Of a stretch of DNA of 64,000 nt, positions 10,715 through 19,984 are shown in pieces (position 1 is the first letter of the stretch; each line of letters opens with the position of its first letter). The position numbers and the translations under genes were made by a program. This DNA is from Acidobacteriota bacterium (GTDB lineage Bacteria > Acidobacteriota > UBA6911), in contig OY761556.1 of NCBI GenBank assembly GCA_963664705.1, positions 2,112,001-2,176,000 on the forward strand, in the 5' to 3' direction. The notes beneath the pieces were generated by a model. That model was given only the letters and a program-made list of their open reading frames with translations, searched no databases and was not told the DNA's origin.

Positions 10715-10963
10715 AGGCAGATCCTTTCGCATCAGAAGCCCGGCAAAAACAGGGAGTGAACACAGATCCTGTTTCTCCGACAGACTCCCAGGGATTGTAT
10801 CAAAGGAAATGAAAAGCGCCGAAATTGTTTTGGAATGTGTAAACAATTCACAAATTCCTCGGACAAAACCTCCGATTTTCCCAATGCCGATGAAAGATCT
10901 TAGATCCTTTGCATATTTCGCAGCCTCATTCGCATATCAGCATGGAATTACCCGTCTAACCCC

Positions 10964-10992
10964 TTGACTAGCAAGGTTTCCGTCAATACACT
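10964..10992 (+). promoter_or_regulatory. Putative sigma-70 promoter of the mla operon
   Basis: TTGACT-17 nt-TACACT ending 20 nt upstream of the mlaE ATG. Confidence 0.55.
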
Positions 10993-11012
10993 TCACCGAG
11001 GTCAGCAACAAT

Positions 11013-11819
11013 ATGGAAAATACTCTTACCACTGTGTTGGAGTCGCCTTACCGATTTTTCCTGAGAGCACTCTGGGAAATTCAGTCCTATACCATTCTCT
11101 CCAGTCGGGCCATCGCGAATCTTTTTACCAAGCCGATCTACTGGCGCGAAATCATTATGCAAATGGATCGGATTGGTGTGGGCTCGCTGACGATTGTTTT
11201 ACTGACCGGCTTTTTCACGGGAGCCGTTCTGGCCATTCAATCGGAGGGTGCACTTCGTAGATATGGGGCGGTCAGCATGACTGGTCAGCTGGTAGCTCTT
11301 ACCCTGATCAGGGAATTGGGCCCGGTGCTTTCCGCACTGATGCTCTCGGGGCGGATTGGATCGGGAATCGCATCAGAACTGGGATCCATGGTTGTTTCGG
11401 AGCAAATCAGCGCCATGCGCGCCCTTGGAACGGACCCGACACGGCGCCTGGTCACGCCGCGCATGATCTCCATGGTCATCATGCTTCCGCTGTTGACTAT
11501 TGTCTGCGATGCCATGGGAATGCTGGGAGGCTGGGTAATCGGTACCTACAAGCTGCTGATCAGCTCGAATCAATTCTGGTCCGATGCCATGAACGCACTC
11601 CAGTTCTCCGATGTTGTGGGAACGCTGATCAAACCGGTCTTTTTTGGATTCATCATCTCCATGACAGGGTGCTACGTGGGGTTGCGCACACATGGAGGAA
11701 CCGAGGGGGTCGGCAAGTCTACGACGCAGGCAGTTGTCAGCAGTTCCATCCTGGTCATAGCCTCCGATTTCTTTTTAAACAATCTCCTCATCTATCTGGC
11801 ACCCATGATCAATACATGA
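11013..11819 (+). CDS. mlaE: MlaE-family ABC permease
   Basis: IRELGPVLSALMLSGRIGSGIASELGSM and GVGKSTTQAVV motifs. Confidence 0.92.
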   Translation: MENTLTTVLESPYRFFLRALWEIQSYTILSSRAIANLFTKPIYWREIIMQMDRIGVGSLTIVLLTGFFTGAVLAIQSEGALRRYGAVSMTGQLVALTLIRELGPVLSALMLSGRIGSGIASELGSMVVSEQISAMRALGTDPTRRLVTPRMISMVIMLPLLTIVCDAMGMLGGWVIGTYKLLISSNQFWSDAMNALQFSDVVGTLIKPVFFGFIISMTGCYVGLRTHGGTEGVGKSTTQAVVSSSILVIASDFFLNNLLIYLAPMINT

Positions 11820-12607
11820 TTGAATTTCAGAACGTATACAAATCATTCGACGAAGACACGATCCTGAAGGATGTCAGTTTCACGATCAAGCGCGGAGAAA
11901 CCAAGATTATTCTTGGAGCCAGCGGGTCTGGGAAATCGACAATTCTGAAGCTGATTCTTGGCCTGATCCGGCCCGACGCCGGAAACATCTATTTTGACGG
12001 ACGAGATATCACCCATCTTGCCGAGCGGGAACTGGTCGTCATTCGGCGCGATATCGGGATGGTATTTCAGGAGGGGGCGCTTTTCGACTCTCTCAGCGTA
12101 CGGGAAAACGTCGGGTATCGGCTCAATGAAGAGGGCCGCATGGAAGAAGGCGCTGTTGATCTTGAGGTCTTCAAGCTCCTTGGTTTCGTGGGACTCGAAG
12201 AGGCGATTGACAAAATGCCGGCGGAGCTTTCCGGAGGAATGAAACGCCGCGTCGGCATTGCCCGTGCACTTGTGGGCACACCCAAGGTGGTGTTGTACGA
12301 CGAACCCACGGCAGGGCTCGACCCAATCACCAAAAGGGTTATCGTGGAGTTGATGATCAAACTCCGGGATATCGAGGGAGTGACTACCGTGTTTGTAACC
12401 CATGACCTTCAGGCCGCATCTATCATAGCAACCGAGTATGCCGCAGCCCGCCCCGACGGCAGTGTGGAGATCCGGTCTGACGCGGACGGAGGCACGCCCG
12501 ATAACATCAATTTCATCATGATCCAGGACGGGATAATCTGTTTCGAAGGCGGCTATAAAGAATTGATGAATTCAAAGGTGCCATACATTCAGGAATTTAT
12601 AGCGTAA
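11816..12607 (+). CDS. mlaF: MlaF-family ABC ATPase
   Basis: ATG 11816 overlaps the mlaE stop (ATGA); GASGSGKS, LSGGMKRRV and YDEPTAGLDP motifs. Confidence 0.92.
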   Translation: MIEFQNVYKSFDEDTILKDVSFTIKRGETKIILGASGSGKSTILKLILGLIRPDAGNIYFDGRDITHLAERELVVIRRDIGMVFQEGALFDSLSVRENVGYRLNEEGRMEEGAVDLEVFKLLGFVGLEEAIDKMPAELSGGMKRRVGIARALVGTPKVVLYDEPTAGLDPITKRVIVELMIKLRDIEGVTTVFVTHDLQAASIIATEYAAARPDGSVEIRSDADGGTPDNINFIMIQDGIICFEGGYKELMNSKVPYIQEFIA

Positions 12608-12679
12608 TAATTTTGTAGTGTACTGAAAGCTTGCCCGGGGATTTGTACCTGGTGAGACCGTGCCGGTAAAAGGAGCAAC

Positions 12680-13903
12680 ATGCCGCAAAAAAAACAGGTC
12701 AGCTTGGCTGAGATGAAGGTTGGTATTTTTGTGACCGTCGCCCTTCTGCTGCTCTCTGCCTTAATTCTGCAGCAGAGTTGGGGTCTCAACTGGTTTTCCA
12801 AATCCGTAAAAATCGTAACCTATCTCCCGGATGTCGGCGGATTGAAATCCGGAGCTCCGGTCTGGCTCGCGGGGATGGAGATCGGCCGAGTCCGAAAAGT
12901 GACGATTGTTCCGCCTGAGGTTTTCCCTCAAAACGCCAGGATCTTTCGAAAGATCGAGGAGATTAAGAAAGAAATTGAGGCTACCGATACTAAACAGCCC
13001 GCGGCCCGGAAAAATATCGAGGATCTGCAGGATCAGATCCGAAACCTCAAATCCGATATCCGGCTTGTCGAAGTTCAGCTCGAAATACGTCCACAGTTTC
13101 TAAACAGAATCGGCAGTGATTCCGAAGTCAGCATTGATTCCCGAGGATTGATCGGAGACTCTTTTATCAATATTTCTCCCGGAACCTATGGAGAGCTGCC
13201 TCCAAAGCAGGGCGAGTTCTACGTGATTGAGAGCATCCAGCGTCCGGGATTTCGCGAGATCATGGGCGGCGCCAACGATGTCGTGGCCAACTTTGGCGTT
13301 CTTTCCGAACAGTTCAAGAACATTGTCATGAAGCTGAATGTCGACAAAATAGGAGCCGGCGTCGGGGGAACTCTGCAGGATCTTCAGAAAACCGTACGGC
13401 AGGCCAACACAGCATTCGCCCGTGCCACAGTGCTTATTGATTCTCTGAACAGCGGTAACGGCACCATTGGCCGCATGGTGTCCGACCCCGATTTGTACAA
13501 CCGCCTGAATACCTCTCTGGAGAAATTCAACCAGATCGCCGAGAATATTCAGAATGGGAAAGGAACCCTCGGCAAGTTTGTCAGCGACCCGGCCCTCTAT
13601 GATTCTGCCACTCAAACCCTGAAGAAGGCGGAATCTGTGATGGACAGAATTGAGAAGGGTGAAGGGACTCTTGGAAAGCTGTCCAAAGATGTTGAGCTTT
13701 ACGAGAAAACAAAAACTGCGCTGGATCGATTTGCTGCCGTTGCGGAGAAAATCGATAAGGGCGAAGGAACCATGGGGAAGCTGCTGAAGGACCCCAGCCT
13801 GTATAACAACCTGGATCAGTCCAGCGCGGAGATCACGAAACTTCTCTATGATCTTCGGCAGGATCCCAAGAAATATCTGACCATTCGCGTTCGCATCTTC
13901 TGA
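12680..13903 (+). CDS. mlaD: MlaD/MCE-family protein with long helical repeats
   Basis: N-terminal TM helix, GGLKSGAPVWLAGMEIGRV MCE motif, four GxGT(L/I/M)G(K/R) repeats. Confidence 0.88.
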   Translation: MPQKKQVSLAEMKVGIFVTVALLLLSALILQQSWGLNWFSKSVKIVTYLPDVGGLKSGAPVWLAGMEIGRVRKVTIVPPEVFPQNARIFRKIEEIKKEIEATDTKQPAARKNIEDLQDQIRNLKSDIRLVEVQLEIRPQFLNRIGSDSEVSIDSRGLIGDSFINISPGTYGELPPKQGEFYVIESIQRPGFREIMGGANDVVANFGVLSEQFKNIVMKLNVDKIGAGVGGTLQDLQKTVRQANTAFARATVLIDSLNSGNGTIGRMVSDPDLYNRLNTSLEKFNQIAENIQNGKGTLGKFVSDPALYDSATQTLKKAESVMDRIEKGEGTLGKLSKDVELYEKTKTALDRFAAVAEKIDKGEGTMGKLLKDPSLYNNLDQSSAEITKLLYDLRQDPKKYLTIRVRIF

Positions 13904-13904
13904 C

Positions 13905-13980
13905 CTGGTAGCCCGCCGGCATTGGCGCAGCCGCTTCCACAACACTAATGCCGCTTTGGAATCTGGAATCCGAAATCTGA
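13905..13980. repeat. REP-like motif followed by (C/T)TGGAAT-type heptamers
   Basis: GGCGCAGCCGCTTCCA (13924-13939) is the exact reverse complement of 33889-33904; both sites have adjacent GGAAT/GAAAT heptamers. Confidence 0.55.
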
Positions 13981-14193
13981 GAGCCTGTAGCGGGACCCCG
14001 GAAGATATCCCTGGCTCCCAGGGTCCCCTAACCATGCACTCTGACCAGGAGGATACAATGGTTGGGAATATTATCCGTCCTGATAGAGATTTCTGTTGTT
14101 AATCATTTGTAAAGACTCTCTTTACCTGCATTATATTTCGCACCCAAGACTAAAATCTTGACAAGGTTTTCGAATCTGTCTAGCCTAAGCGCC

Positions 14194-14808
14194 ATGTTTG
14201 CATTTAGTGATGCTATCGGACGTGGCGGCAAATTCCTACTCGACAAGATCGTGGGCTTCCTGAGCCGCTATCGTGTCAATCCTAATATCCTCACTTTTAC
14301 GGGCGTGCTGATCAGCCTCTGGGCTGCATTCGAGTTCGGCTATGGCGCATTTTTCAAAGCAGGACTCGTCATCATCTTCGCTGGACTTTTCGACATGCTG
14401 GATGGCGAGGTTGCCCGTGTTACCAGATCCGTTTCGGAATTCGGTGCCTTCTACGATTCCGTCATCGACCGCTATTCCGATGTCATTTTGTTTCAGGGCC
14501 TGATTGTCTATTACGCGCGAAAGCAAATGCTAGGCTATGTTGTGCTGGTGGGAATTGTGGTTATGGGCGCGGTTCTGACCAGCTATGCGCGCGCGCGGGC
14601 GGAATCGCTCATTCCATCCGGTAAAGTCGGGTTCATGGAACGCCCGGAGAGAATCGTACTGCTGATCATCGGCGCTCTTTCCAACAGGATGGAAGCAGTC
14701 TTATGGGTTCTTGCCATTCTCGGCAACTGGACTGTGATTGACAGGATTTACTACACTTGGAAGGAACTCCCGAAACCGGATCGTTCCCATTCCTCGGCAT
14801 CCGTCTAG
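14194..14808 (+). CDS. CDP-alcohol phosphatidyltransferase family protein
   Basis: PNILT and DMLDGEVAR...GAFYDSVIDR (DxxDGxxAR...GxxxDxxxD) signature; ATG 14194 preferred. Confidence 0.93.
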   Translation: MFAFSDAIGRGGKFLLDKIVGFLSRYRVNPNILTFTGVLISLWAAFEFGYGAFFKAGLVIIFAGLFDMLDGEVARVTRSVSEFGAFYDSVIDRYSDVILFQGLIVYYARKQMLGYVVLVGIVVMGAVLTSYARARAESLIPSGKVGFMERPERIVLLIIGALSNRMEAVLWVLAILGNWTVIDRIYYTWKELPKPDRSHSSASV

Positions 14809-15026
14809 CTTGAACAGTGTGCTGGCAATCAGTGGCGCAGACAATAGGAAAGAGCTTCCATAACTATGACGCTATCTAATTGCCCTGCAGCAGAATGAGC
14901 CCCAAAATTATTTGCGGTCTTCGTGGTCTTCGTGGTCTTCGCGGTTCAAAGACAAAAACCAATCAACGCCACTTATTTATGGAACTCCCGAAACCGGATC
15001 GTTCCCATTCCTCGGCATCGGTTTGA
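14763..15026 (+). repeat. Direct duplication of the gene 3' end: 39 bp identical, 46 bp through the stop codon
   Basis: 14763-14801 equals 14981-15019. The copies end TCC GTC TAG and TCG GTT TGA, both Ser-Val-stop. Confidence 0.9.
14860..14983 (-). mobile_element. Non-autonomous remnant of the GxxExxY element (upstream region and B end)
   Basis: CTATCTAAT...AATGAGCC..AAAA.TATTTGCGGTCTTCGTGGTCTTCGTGGTCTTCGCGGTTCAAAGACAAAAACCAATCAAC aligns with 51946-51992 and 52141-52222. Confidence 0.7.
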
Positions 15027-15041
15027 GCGGCGCTTCGGGCG

Positions 15042-15779
15042 CTACTGCAGCTTTTGAATTTCCACTCCGGACGGCAATTTCTGCTCAAACTTTGAATCCG
15101 CTATCTTCTGGTTCATTTTCTCATCCGTAAAGGTCACCAGGAGGTAGTCTCGATTGGGTTCCTGCAGTTTATATTGAGTGGGAATCCCTGATGACTGCTT
15201 TACCCAGAGAACAATCAGTGCATAGTAGGCAGCGGTCTTAGGATCCTTGGGCGCCAGGTTCAAGATGGAGCACGGGGCTCCCGCAACCGATTCTGTTCCC
15301 TGGTAAGTTACGTTGAAGTTCTTCTGCAATTCCGACGGGGGCTGCCCGATGCCGATGGCAAGATACTCCGCTTTATCTTTGTTCTTTCCGAGATTCACAA
15401 CCTGAGCTTCTTTGACTCCCGGCTGGTAAACCGTCGCGATCCCATCCTTGATGGTCAGTATCTTCCTCCCCGGATTTGTGATTTCCTGGCGAATCATGGA
15501 AGACCCATCCTTGGCCCGCGCAAAATAAAATTCGCCGCTTTCGGGCGGTCCGAATTCTTTCAGAATTGCCGTGTATTTTTTCTGAACCTGCTTTGCGGAG
15601 AAACTGCGAAATCCTTTTCCTGCAGCTTCCATCTGGCGGAAAACCTTTTGCAGATTCGCATCTTCTTTTCCCTGGGCAAACACCATCGCTAATGCGGCAA
15701 AGCAACAGAGAACCACCGCCGGAATCCGATATCTTTGGGTCCCGGTCAGAGCGTCGAAGCTATTTTTTTGTGTTTTCAT
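15042..15779 (-). CDS. LolA-like outer membrane lipoprotein carrier/sorting protein
   Basis: Signal peptide and LolA-type beta pattern (SFSAKQVQKKY...ESGEFYF...KFEQKLPSGVEI); ATG 15779 preferred. Confidence 0.75.
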   Translation of the reverse strand: MKTQKNSFDALTGTQRYRIPAVVLCCFAALAMVFAQGKEDANLQKVFRQMEAAGKGFRSFSAKQVQKKYTAILKEFGPPESGEFYFARAKDGSSMIRQEITNPGRKILTIKDGIATVYQPGVKEAQVVNLGKNKDKAEYLAIGIGQPPSELQKNFNVTYQGTESVAGAPCSILNLAPKDPKTAAYYALIVLWVKQSSGIPTQYKLQEPNRDYLLVTFTDEKMNQKIADSKFEQKLPSGVEIQKLQ

Positions 15780-15981
15780 CACTTGTTGGCGTCGGTTGAG
15801 GAACGGAGGAAGTCTTTTTGACCGCCGGTGACGGAGGGACCGCCCGAGCGGAGACAAAACAGCTGCGCGGCACAAAAAAGATGAAGGCAAGGATCAGGGC
15901 GCAGATTATGTCGTACTGAAGCGTCCCCCGCCCATATTTCCAAACAATCAGATTCCGAAGTGTTGTCCTGACGCTTTCCAT
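15760..15981 (-). CDS. Small membrane hypothetical protein
   Basis: 73 aa with one TM segment after WKYGRGTLQYDIICALILAFIF; fits the operon between the ABC ATPase and the LolA-like gene. Confidence 0.7.
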   Translation of the reverse strand: MESVRTTLRNLIVWKYGRGTLQYDIICALILAFIFFVPRSCFVSARAVPPSPAVKKTSSVPQPTPTSDENTKK

Positions 15982-15987
15982 TGGGTT

Positions 15988-16719
15988 TCAGTACAATCGC
16001 TCAAATTCCGGTTCGTAAGAAAACTTGGACGCGGGGCTGAGAATCTGCCCGTCCTTCATTTCGACGATACGGCTTGCCATGGAGGCAGCTTCAGAATCGT
16101 GAGTAATCATCACAATCGTTTGTTTTAGTTTTTCGTTGAGGTCGCGGAGTATTTGGAGCACCGAGTGGGAATTGCGGGAGTCCAGGCTTCCTGTCGGCTC
16201 ATCCGCCAGGATAATCGAAGGCTTGTTCACCACAGCCCTCACGATGGCAACGCGCTGCTGCTCACCCCCGGAAAGCTCGGACGGCCGGAAGTTAATCTTG
16301 TGGCTCAGCCCAAGCATGTCCACGAGATGTTCGACGCCGTTGGGGCTCCCATGGCCATTCCCGTGAATTTTTTTGGCCAGCTCGATATTGGCTTTTGCAG
16401 AGAGGGTCGGCAACAGATTAAACCGCTGGAAGACGTACCCGATCTTCTTGCGCCGCACCGCAGTTCGCTCCGCATCGGAGAGCTTTGAGATATCGATCCC
16501 ATCCAACAATATCTTGCCGGAACTTGGCTGCAGCAATCCTCCCAAAAGGTGCAGCAGCGTGGACTTCCCGCAACCGGAAGGTCCCATCACGGCAATAAAT
16601 TCGCCTTGCTTGACAGTAAGATTGACGTTGTGTAGCGCTGGGACTTCCACCTTTCCCGACCGATATGTCATGGTCAAATCAACGGTCTGGATTGCGTGGG
16701 TTGAAGATGAGTCCGTCAT
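15988..16719 (-). CDS. ABC transporter ATP-binding protein (LolD/MacB type)
   Basis: [26 protein letters not shown] and ITHD motifs. Confidence 0.93.
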   Translation of the reverse strand: MTDSSSTHAIQTVDLTMTYRSGKVEVPALHNVNLTVKQGEFIAVMGPSGCGKSTLLHLLGGLLQPSSGKILLDGIDISKLSDAERTAVRRKKIGYVFQRFNLLPTLSAKANIELAKKIHGNGHGSPNGVEHLVDMLGLSHKINFRPSELSGGEQQRVAIVRAVVNKPSIILADEPTGSLDSRNSHSVLQILRDLNEKLKQTIVMITHDSEAASMASRIVEMKDGQILSPASKFSYEPEFERLY

Positions 16720-17045
16720 ATTTCGTCCGTTTCCCTACTCTTGACTTGATGCCTCCAGGGCATCCCTCCGGGCTGCTGCCTTATATGCGACTCTATAAGG
16801 AACGGCCCACTCCTGCGCCCAAACCCAAAGAGAAATGGGGCGCGTCCATCCGAATACCCATTGACTCCTCCGGGCCTGGAAATCGACAAGGAATCACTAT
16901 TCTTGCGAATTCCAATTCCAACGAGTGGATTCAAACAGCATATAATAACAGATTATTCAAAAATGATGCCAACTATAAAATCGCGCGCGCATTCGGCGAT
17001 TCCGCATCCAGCCTCGCCGACCCATCGAATAACTGATTCAAGCCC

Positions 17046-17987
17046 TTACCGGCTCTTCTCCCGCAAAATGACTTCCTTCGCACCAGGCGGCGTCTGCAAC
17101 TGGAAGGCATCCTCCGGAAGATCCGGGTTGATGCGCCAATTCTTAAAACTCAGATCCAGCGTGTAGCCATCCATCGGCCGATCGATATGCATTTGTTGGG
17201 GCATAGAGACACCATCGACCTGTATCGGATCGGAATAGGTAATGTCGCTTACAATCTGCCCCTCCTCGGCATATACCTGCTGCCGGGCAATTGTCAGACC
17301 GGCACGCTCGATCCAGATCTTGCGAATGGTGTGCAGTCTGGGATGAGTTCCCTCCTTAGCAAAGGTGAGAATGTAATACCTGGACCGGTCATCTTTTTGT
17401 TCGTCCTTGCTCACCCAGACTCCCGGGGAATTCAGAGAGATGCTCTGCGGGAAGATCGCCTCGAAGATATGATTTCCCCGTATTGGGATCGAAAACTCCT
17501 TGGGTCCGGAAGGATCGTCCGCAATAAGCTCCTTCGCGCTGTTCAGCCCTTTATAAAGCTCGTTCTTCCTGGGATTCCAGACCGTAAAATTATCTCCCAC
17601 GGAAAGCACATCCACGAGCTTGGATTGTGTGATCGGTATCAGGAGAACCAGGTGTGTGGCGTCGGGGCGTTTCAAAAGGATGTATCCCTTGACCGTCCTA
17701 TACTTCTCCTCCCATTCCCCGTTCTCTATTTTTTTGGACGAGGTGAGAGTCAACCGCATATCGTTGCAGGCCAACGATTGGATTTTGTCGGCTCCCCTGA
17801 TGATACTCAGGAGTTCATCAAACCCGGCGGTCTTTGCCTGAAGGATGGCTTGGGGAACCTGGACTTTTGTGGTCTGCTTGACGCCGCACGCGGGAGTCGT
17901 GAACAACGCGAACAGCAAAGCACCGAGGAATAGGAAAACCCGGAGTCCAGGCTCTGTAAATTGTGGAGATATCTTGGTTTCTTTCAT
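17046..17987 (-). CDS. Putative lipoprotein with LolA/LolB-like fold
   Basis: Hydrophobic signal ending TPAC-G, beta-rich body, C-terminal LPEDAFQLQTPPGA; ATG 17987 preferred. Confidence 0.65.
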   Translation of the reverse strand: MKETKISPQFTEPGLRVFLFLGALLFALFTTPACGVKQTTKVQVPQAILQAKTAGFDELLSIIRGADKIQSLACNDMRLTLTSSKKIENGEWEEKYRTVKGYILLKRPDATHLVLLIPITQSKLVDVLSVGDNFTVWNPRKNELYKGLNSAKELIADDPSGPKEFSIPIRGNHIFEAIFPQSISLNSPGVWVSKDEQKDDRSRYYILTFAKEGTHPRLHTIRKIWIERAGLTIARQQVYAEEGQIVSDITYSDPIQVDGVSMPQQMHIDRPMDGYTLDLSFKNWRINPDLPEDAFQLQTPPGAKEVILREKSR

Positions 17988-18091
17988 CGATATACATCGC
18001 CAAGAGAGCGGGGTGAATCTAACAGACTGACCGAACGTTGTCAATTTTCGTTTTGCGGCAAGCTCTTGTCTCCATGGGAAATGGCCTGAAC

Positions 18092-18754
18092 TTACCGCTC
18101 CTTTCCTCCCAGTGCGGGCCGGAAACGAAACCAGAAGCACACGCCGATTCCAAGGATAAAAATACCAAACAGGACCAGCCCCACCATGTGAAGATTCCTC
18201 TGCATAAAAAGCTTTACCGAATTTCCATAGAGAACGGCCAGAATCCCCCACATGGAATAGCGAATGGTGCGGCCCACCAGAACGGCAACCAGGAACTCCA
18301 GGGTTTTCAGCCGAAAGACACCGGCACTCAGGACGAAGATTTTAAAAGGCATTGGAGGAGGAAGAATGCTGGGGATCACAACCGTCAGCATACCGTATTT
18401 CTCGAACAATTTTTCCGCCTTGTCGATGCTTCGAGGCGAAAACCTGCGGCGCAAAAGAGGACTTCCCCCCTTGCGTCCAACTGAATAGAGAAGCAGGCAT
18501 CCCAATACTGAGCCCATAATGGTCATCGCCACAAAATAGGCCATATTCCCCCAGGATTTCCCCGAGGAAAGTACAACAATCAGCAGGTCATTCCCTTCCG
18601 GAAGGCTCAAAAAGGAGGAATCGCACACTGCCAGGCACATCACTCCCGGCCCACCCATGCTTATGACGAAACTGCTGACCGCAGCCCAGAGCTTTGCCAG
18701 CCAATGCTGATCCGAAATCAATAATACAAATGCATTCTGACCGGAGTAGCTCAT
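18092..18754 (-). CDS. DedA/YqaA (VTT domain) membrane protein
   Basis: DSSFLSLPEGNDLL, PPPMPFKIFVLSAG and GRTIRY motifs. Confidence 0.85.
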   Translation of the reverse strand: MSYSGQNAFVLLISDQHWLAKLWAAVSSFVISMGGPGVMCLAVCDSSFLSLPEGNDLLIVVLSSGKSWGNMAYFVAMTIMGSVLGCLLLYSVGRKGGSPLLRRRFSPRSIDKAEKLFEKYGMLTVVIPSILPPPMPFKIFVLSAGVFRLKTLEFLVAVLVGRTIRYSMWGILAVLYGNSVKLFMQRNLHMVGLVLFGIFILGIGVCFWFRFRPALGGKER

Positions 18755-18943
18755 TGAAGTTTAGGAGCTTTCGCGAATCCCATTGATTTGAAATTAGCAT
18801 AGCGACTGGTTGCGGGAAAAGTGCTTTCATTCATTCCAGCCTGCGGAACTTGAACTCTGCTGGTAAAATAGTCTATGGAATGCACTCAGGAGAGAGCCTT
18901 GGCTTCTGCCGCTAAACCCTATGAACAAGCTAACCGTAAATTA

Positions 18944-18973
18944 TTGACATTGCATAGGTCTCGAAAGTAAAAT
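18944..18973 (+). promoter_or_regulatory. Putative sigma-70 promoter upstream of rodZ
   Basis: TTGACA-18 nt-TAAAAT. Confidence 0.5.
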
Positions 18974-19048
18974 ATGTATTCCAGGGTAAAGTAATCTCAA
19001 ACTATTTTTGGCCGAGACGGGGATTCGCCGCAAAACCCCAGCCCAGCT

Positions 19049-19984
19049 ATGGGAACTGTTGCCTCAGAACTGAAGTCAGAGCGGGAAAAGCGCAAGATTT
19101 CCCTCACTCATATTGCGTCTGAAACACGCATCAGCCTTCGACACCTCGAAAGCCTTGAGGAGGGACGCTTCAGCGATTTGCCTGGGGGTATCTATAATCG
19201 TGCATTCTTGCGCGCTTACTGTGAAGCGCTGCAGCTGGATAATCTCCAGGAAATTATGCAGCGGTATGAGAGCGAGCTTCCTGCAAATGCCGACAAAACG
19301 CCCAGATCCAAGATTTATCTGCCGTCCCAATCGCGATCTTTCCATATCAGTCCGCTTTTGATCTGGGGGATTATGCTGCTGCTTTCCGCGACCGGGCTCT
19401 TTTTCAGCAGAAACTGGATTACGGCGGTTTTTTCCCCCTATTTTTCCCATACTCCGCCTGCCGCCGTTCCCTATGAACCGGCACGCACCAAACCGGTTCA
19501 AACGCCGCCGGTTGTGACGGCAAAGCCGGCTGAACCGACAGCTCCGCCAACATCGCTTGTTCCGGCGACTGTGGAGCCTACTCCAAGTTCGCCAGCACCC
19601 TCAGTGCCGGCGCAGCCTCCGGTGGTGGGAAGTCCCACGCCGGCAGGCACAGCAGCCCCGACAGCATTGCCCTCCACTCAACCCCTGACTGCGGGCGTTG
19701 CCGCCACCCAGCAATTGCGGCTGGAAATCAGCGCAACGGCCGAGTGTTGGGTATCGCTGGATAAAGATGGCAGCCCGGTATTCCGCAAAACAATGCAACC
19801 CGGAGAAATACAACAAGTAAGCGCGGGGGAAAAATTCCAGATCATTCTTGGCAATGCCGGGGGAATCCAACTTAAAATCAATGGCAAGCCTGCGAAGCCG
19901 CTTGGAAAACCTGGAGAAGTCATCAAGCTCATCATTGATGCGGGCAAATTACAGGAACTCCTCGACCAGTCCGCGGGTAGGTAA
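19049..19984 (+). CDS. rodZ: Cell-shape protein RodZ (HTH, TM, DUF4115)
   Basis: N-terminal XRE-type HTH with LPGGIYNRAFLRAY, one TM helix, Pro-rich linker, C-terminal CWV...LGNAGG...INGK. Confidence 0.88.
   Translation: MGTVASELKSEREKRKISLTHIASETRISLRHLESLEEGRFSDLPGGIYNRAFLRAYCEALQLDNLQEIMQRYESELPANADKTPRSKIYLPSQSRSFHISPLLIWGIMLLLSATGLFFSRNWITAVFSPYFSHTPPAAVPYEPARTKPVQTPPVVTAKPAEPTAPPTSLVPATVEPTPSSPAPSVPAQPPVVGSPTPAGTAAPTALPSTQPLTAGVAATQQLRLEISATAECWVSLDKDGSPVFRKTMQPGEIQQVSAGEKFQIILGNAGGIQLKINGKPAKPLGKPGEVIKLIIDAGKLQELLDQSAGR

Noticed and set aside
13986-14030. GGGACCC...GGGTCCC hairpin as a riboswitch or ncRNA
   Set aside because: No recognisable family motif and no U-tract; it may be a weak terminator or repeat fragment, so it was not called.
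14763-15026. Diversity-generating retroelement template/variable repeat pair
   Set aside because: Mismatches are not adenine-specific, the repeats are short, and no reverse transcriptase gene is in the window.
16716-16934. 72-aa ORF overlapping the ABC ATPase start
   Set aside because: No motif or clear RBS and atypical composition; cannot be supported, though not excluded.
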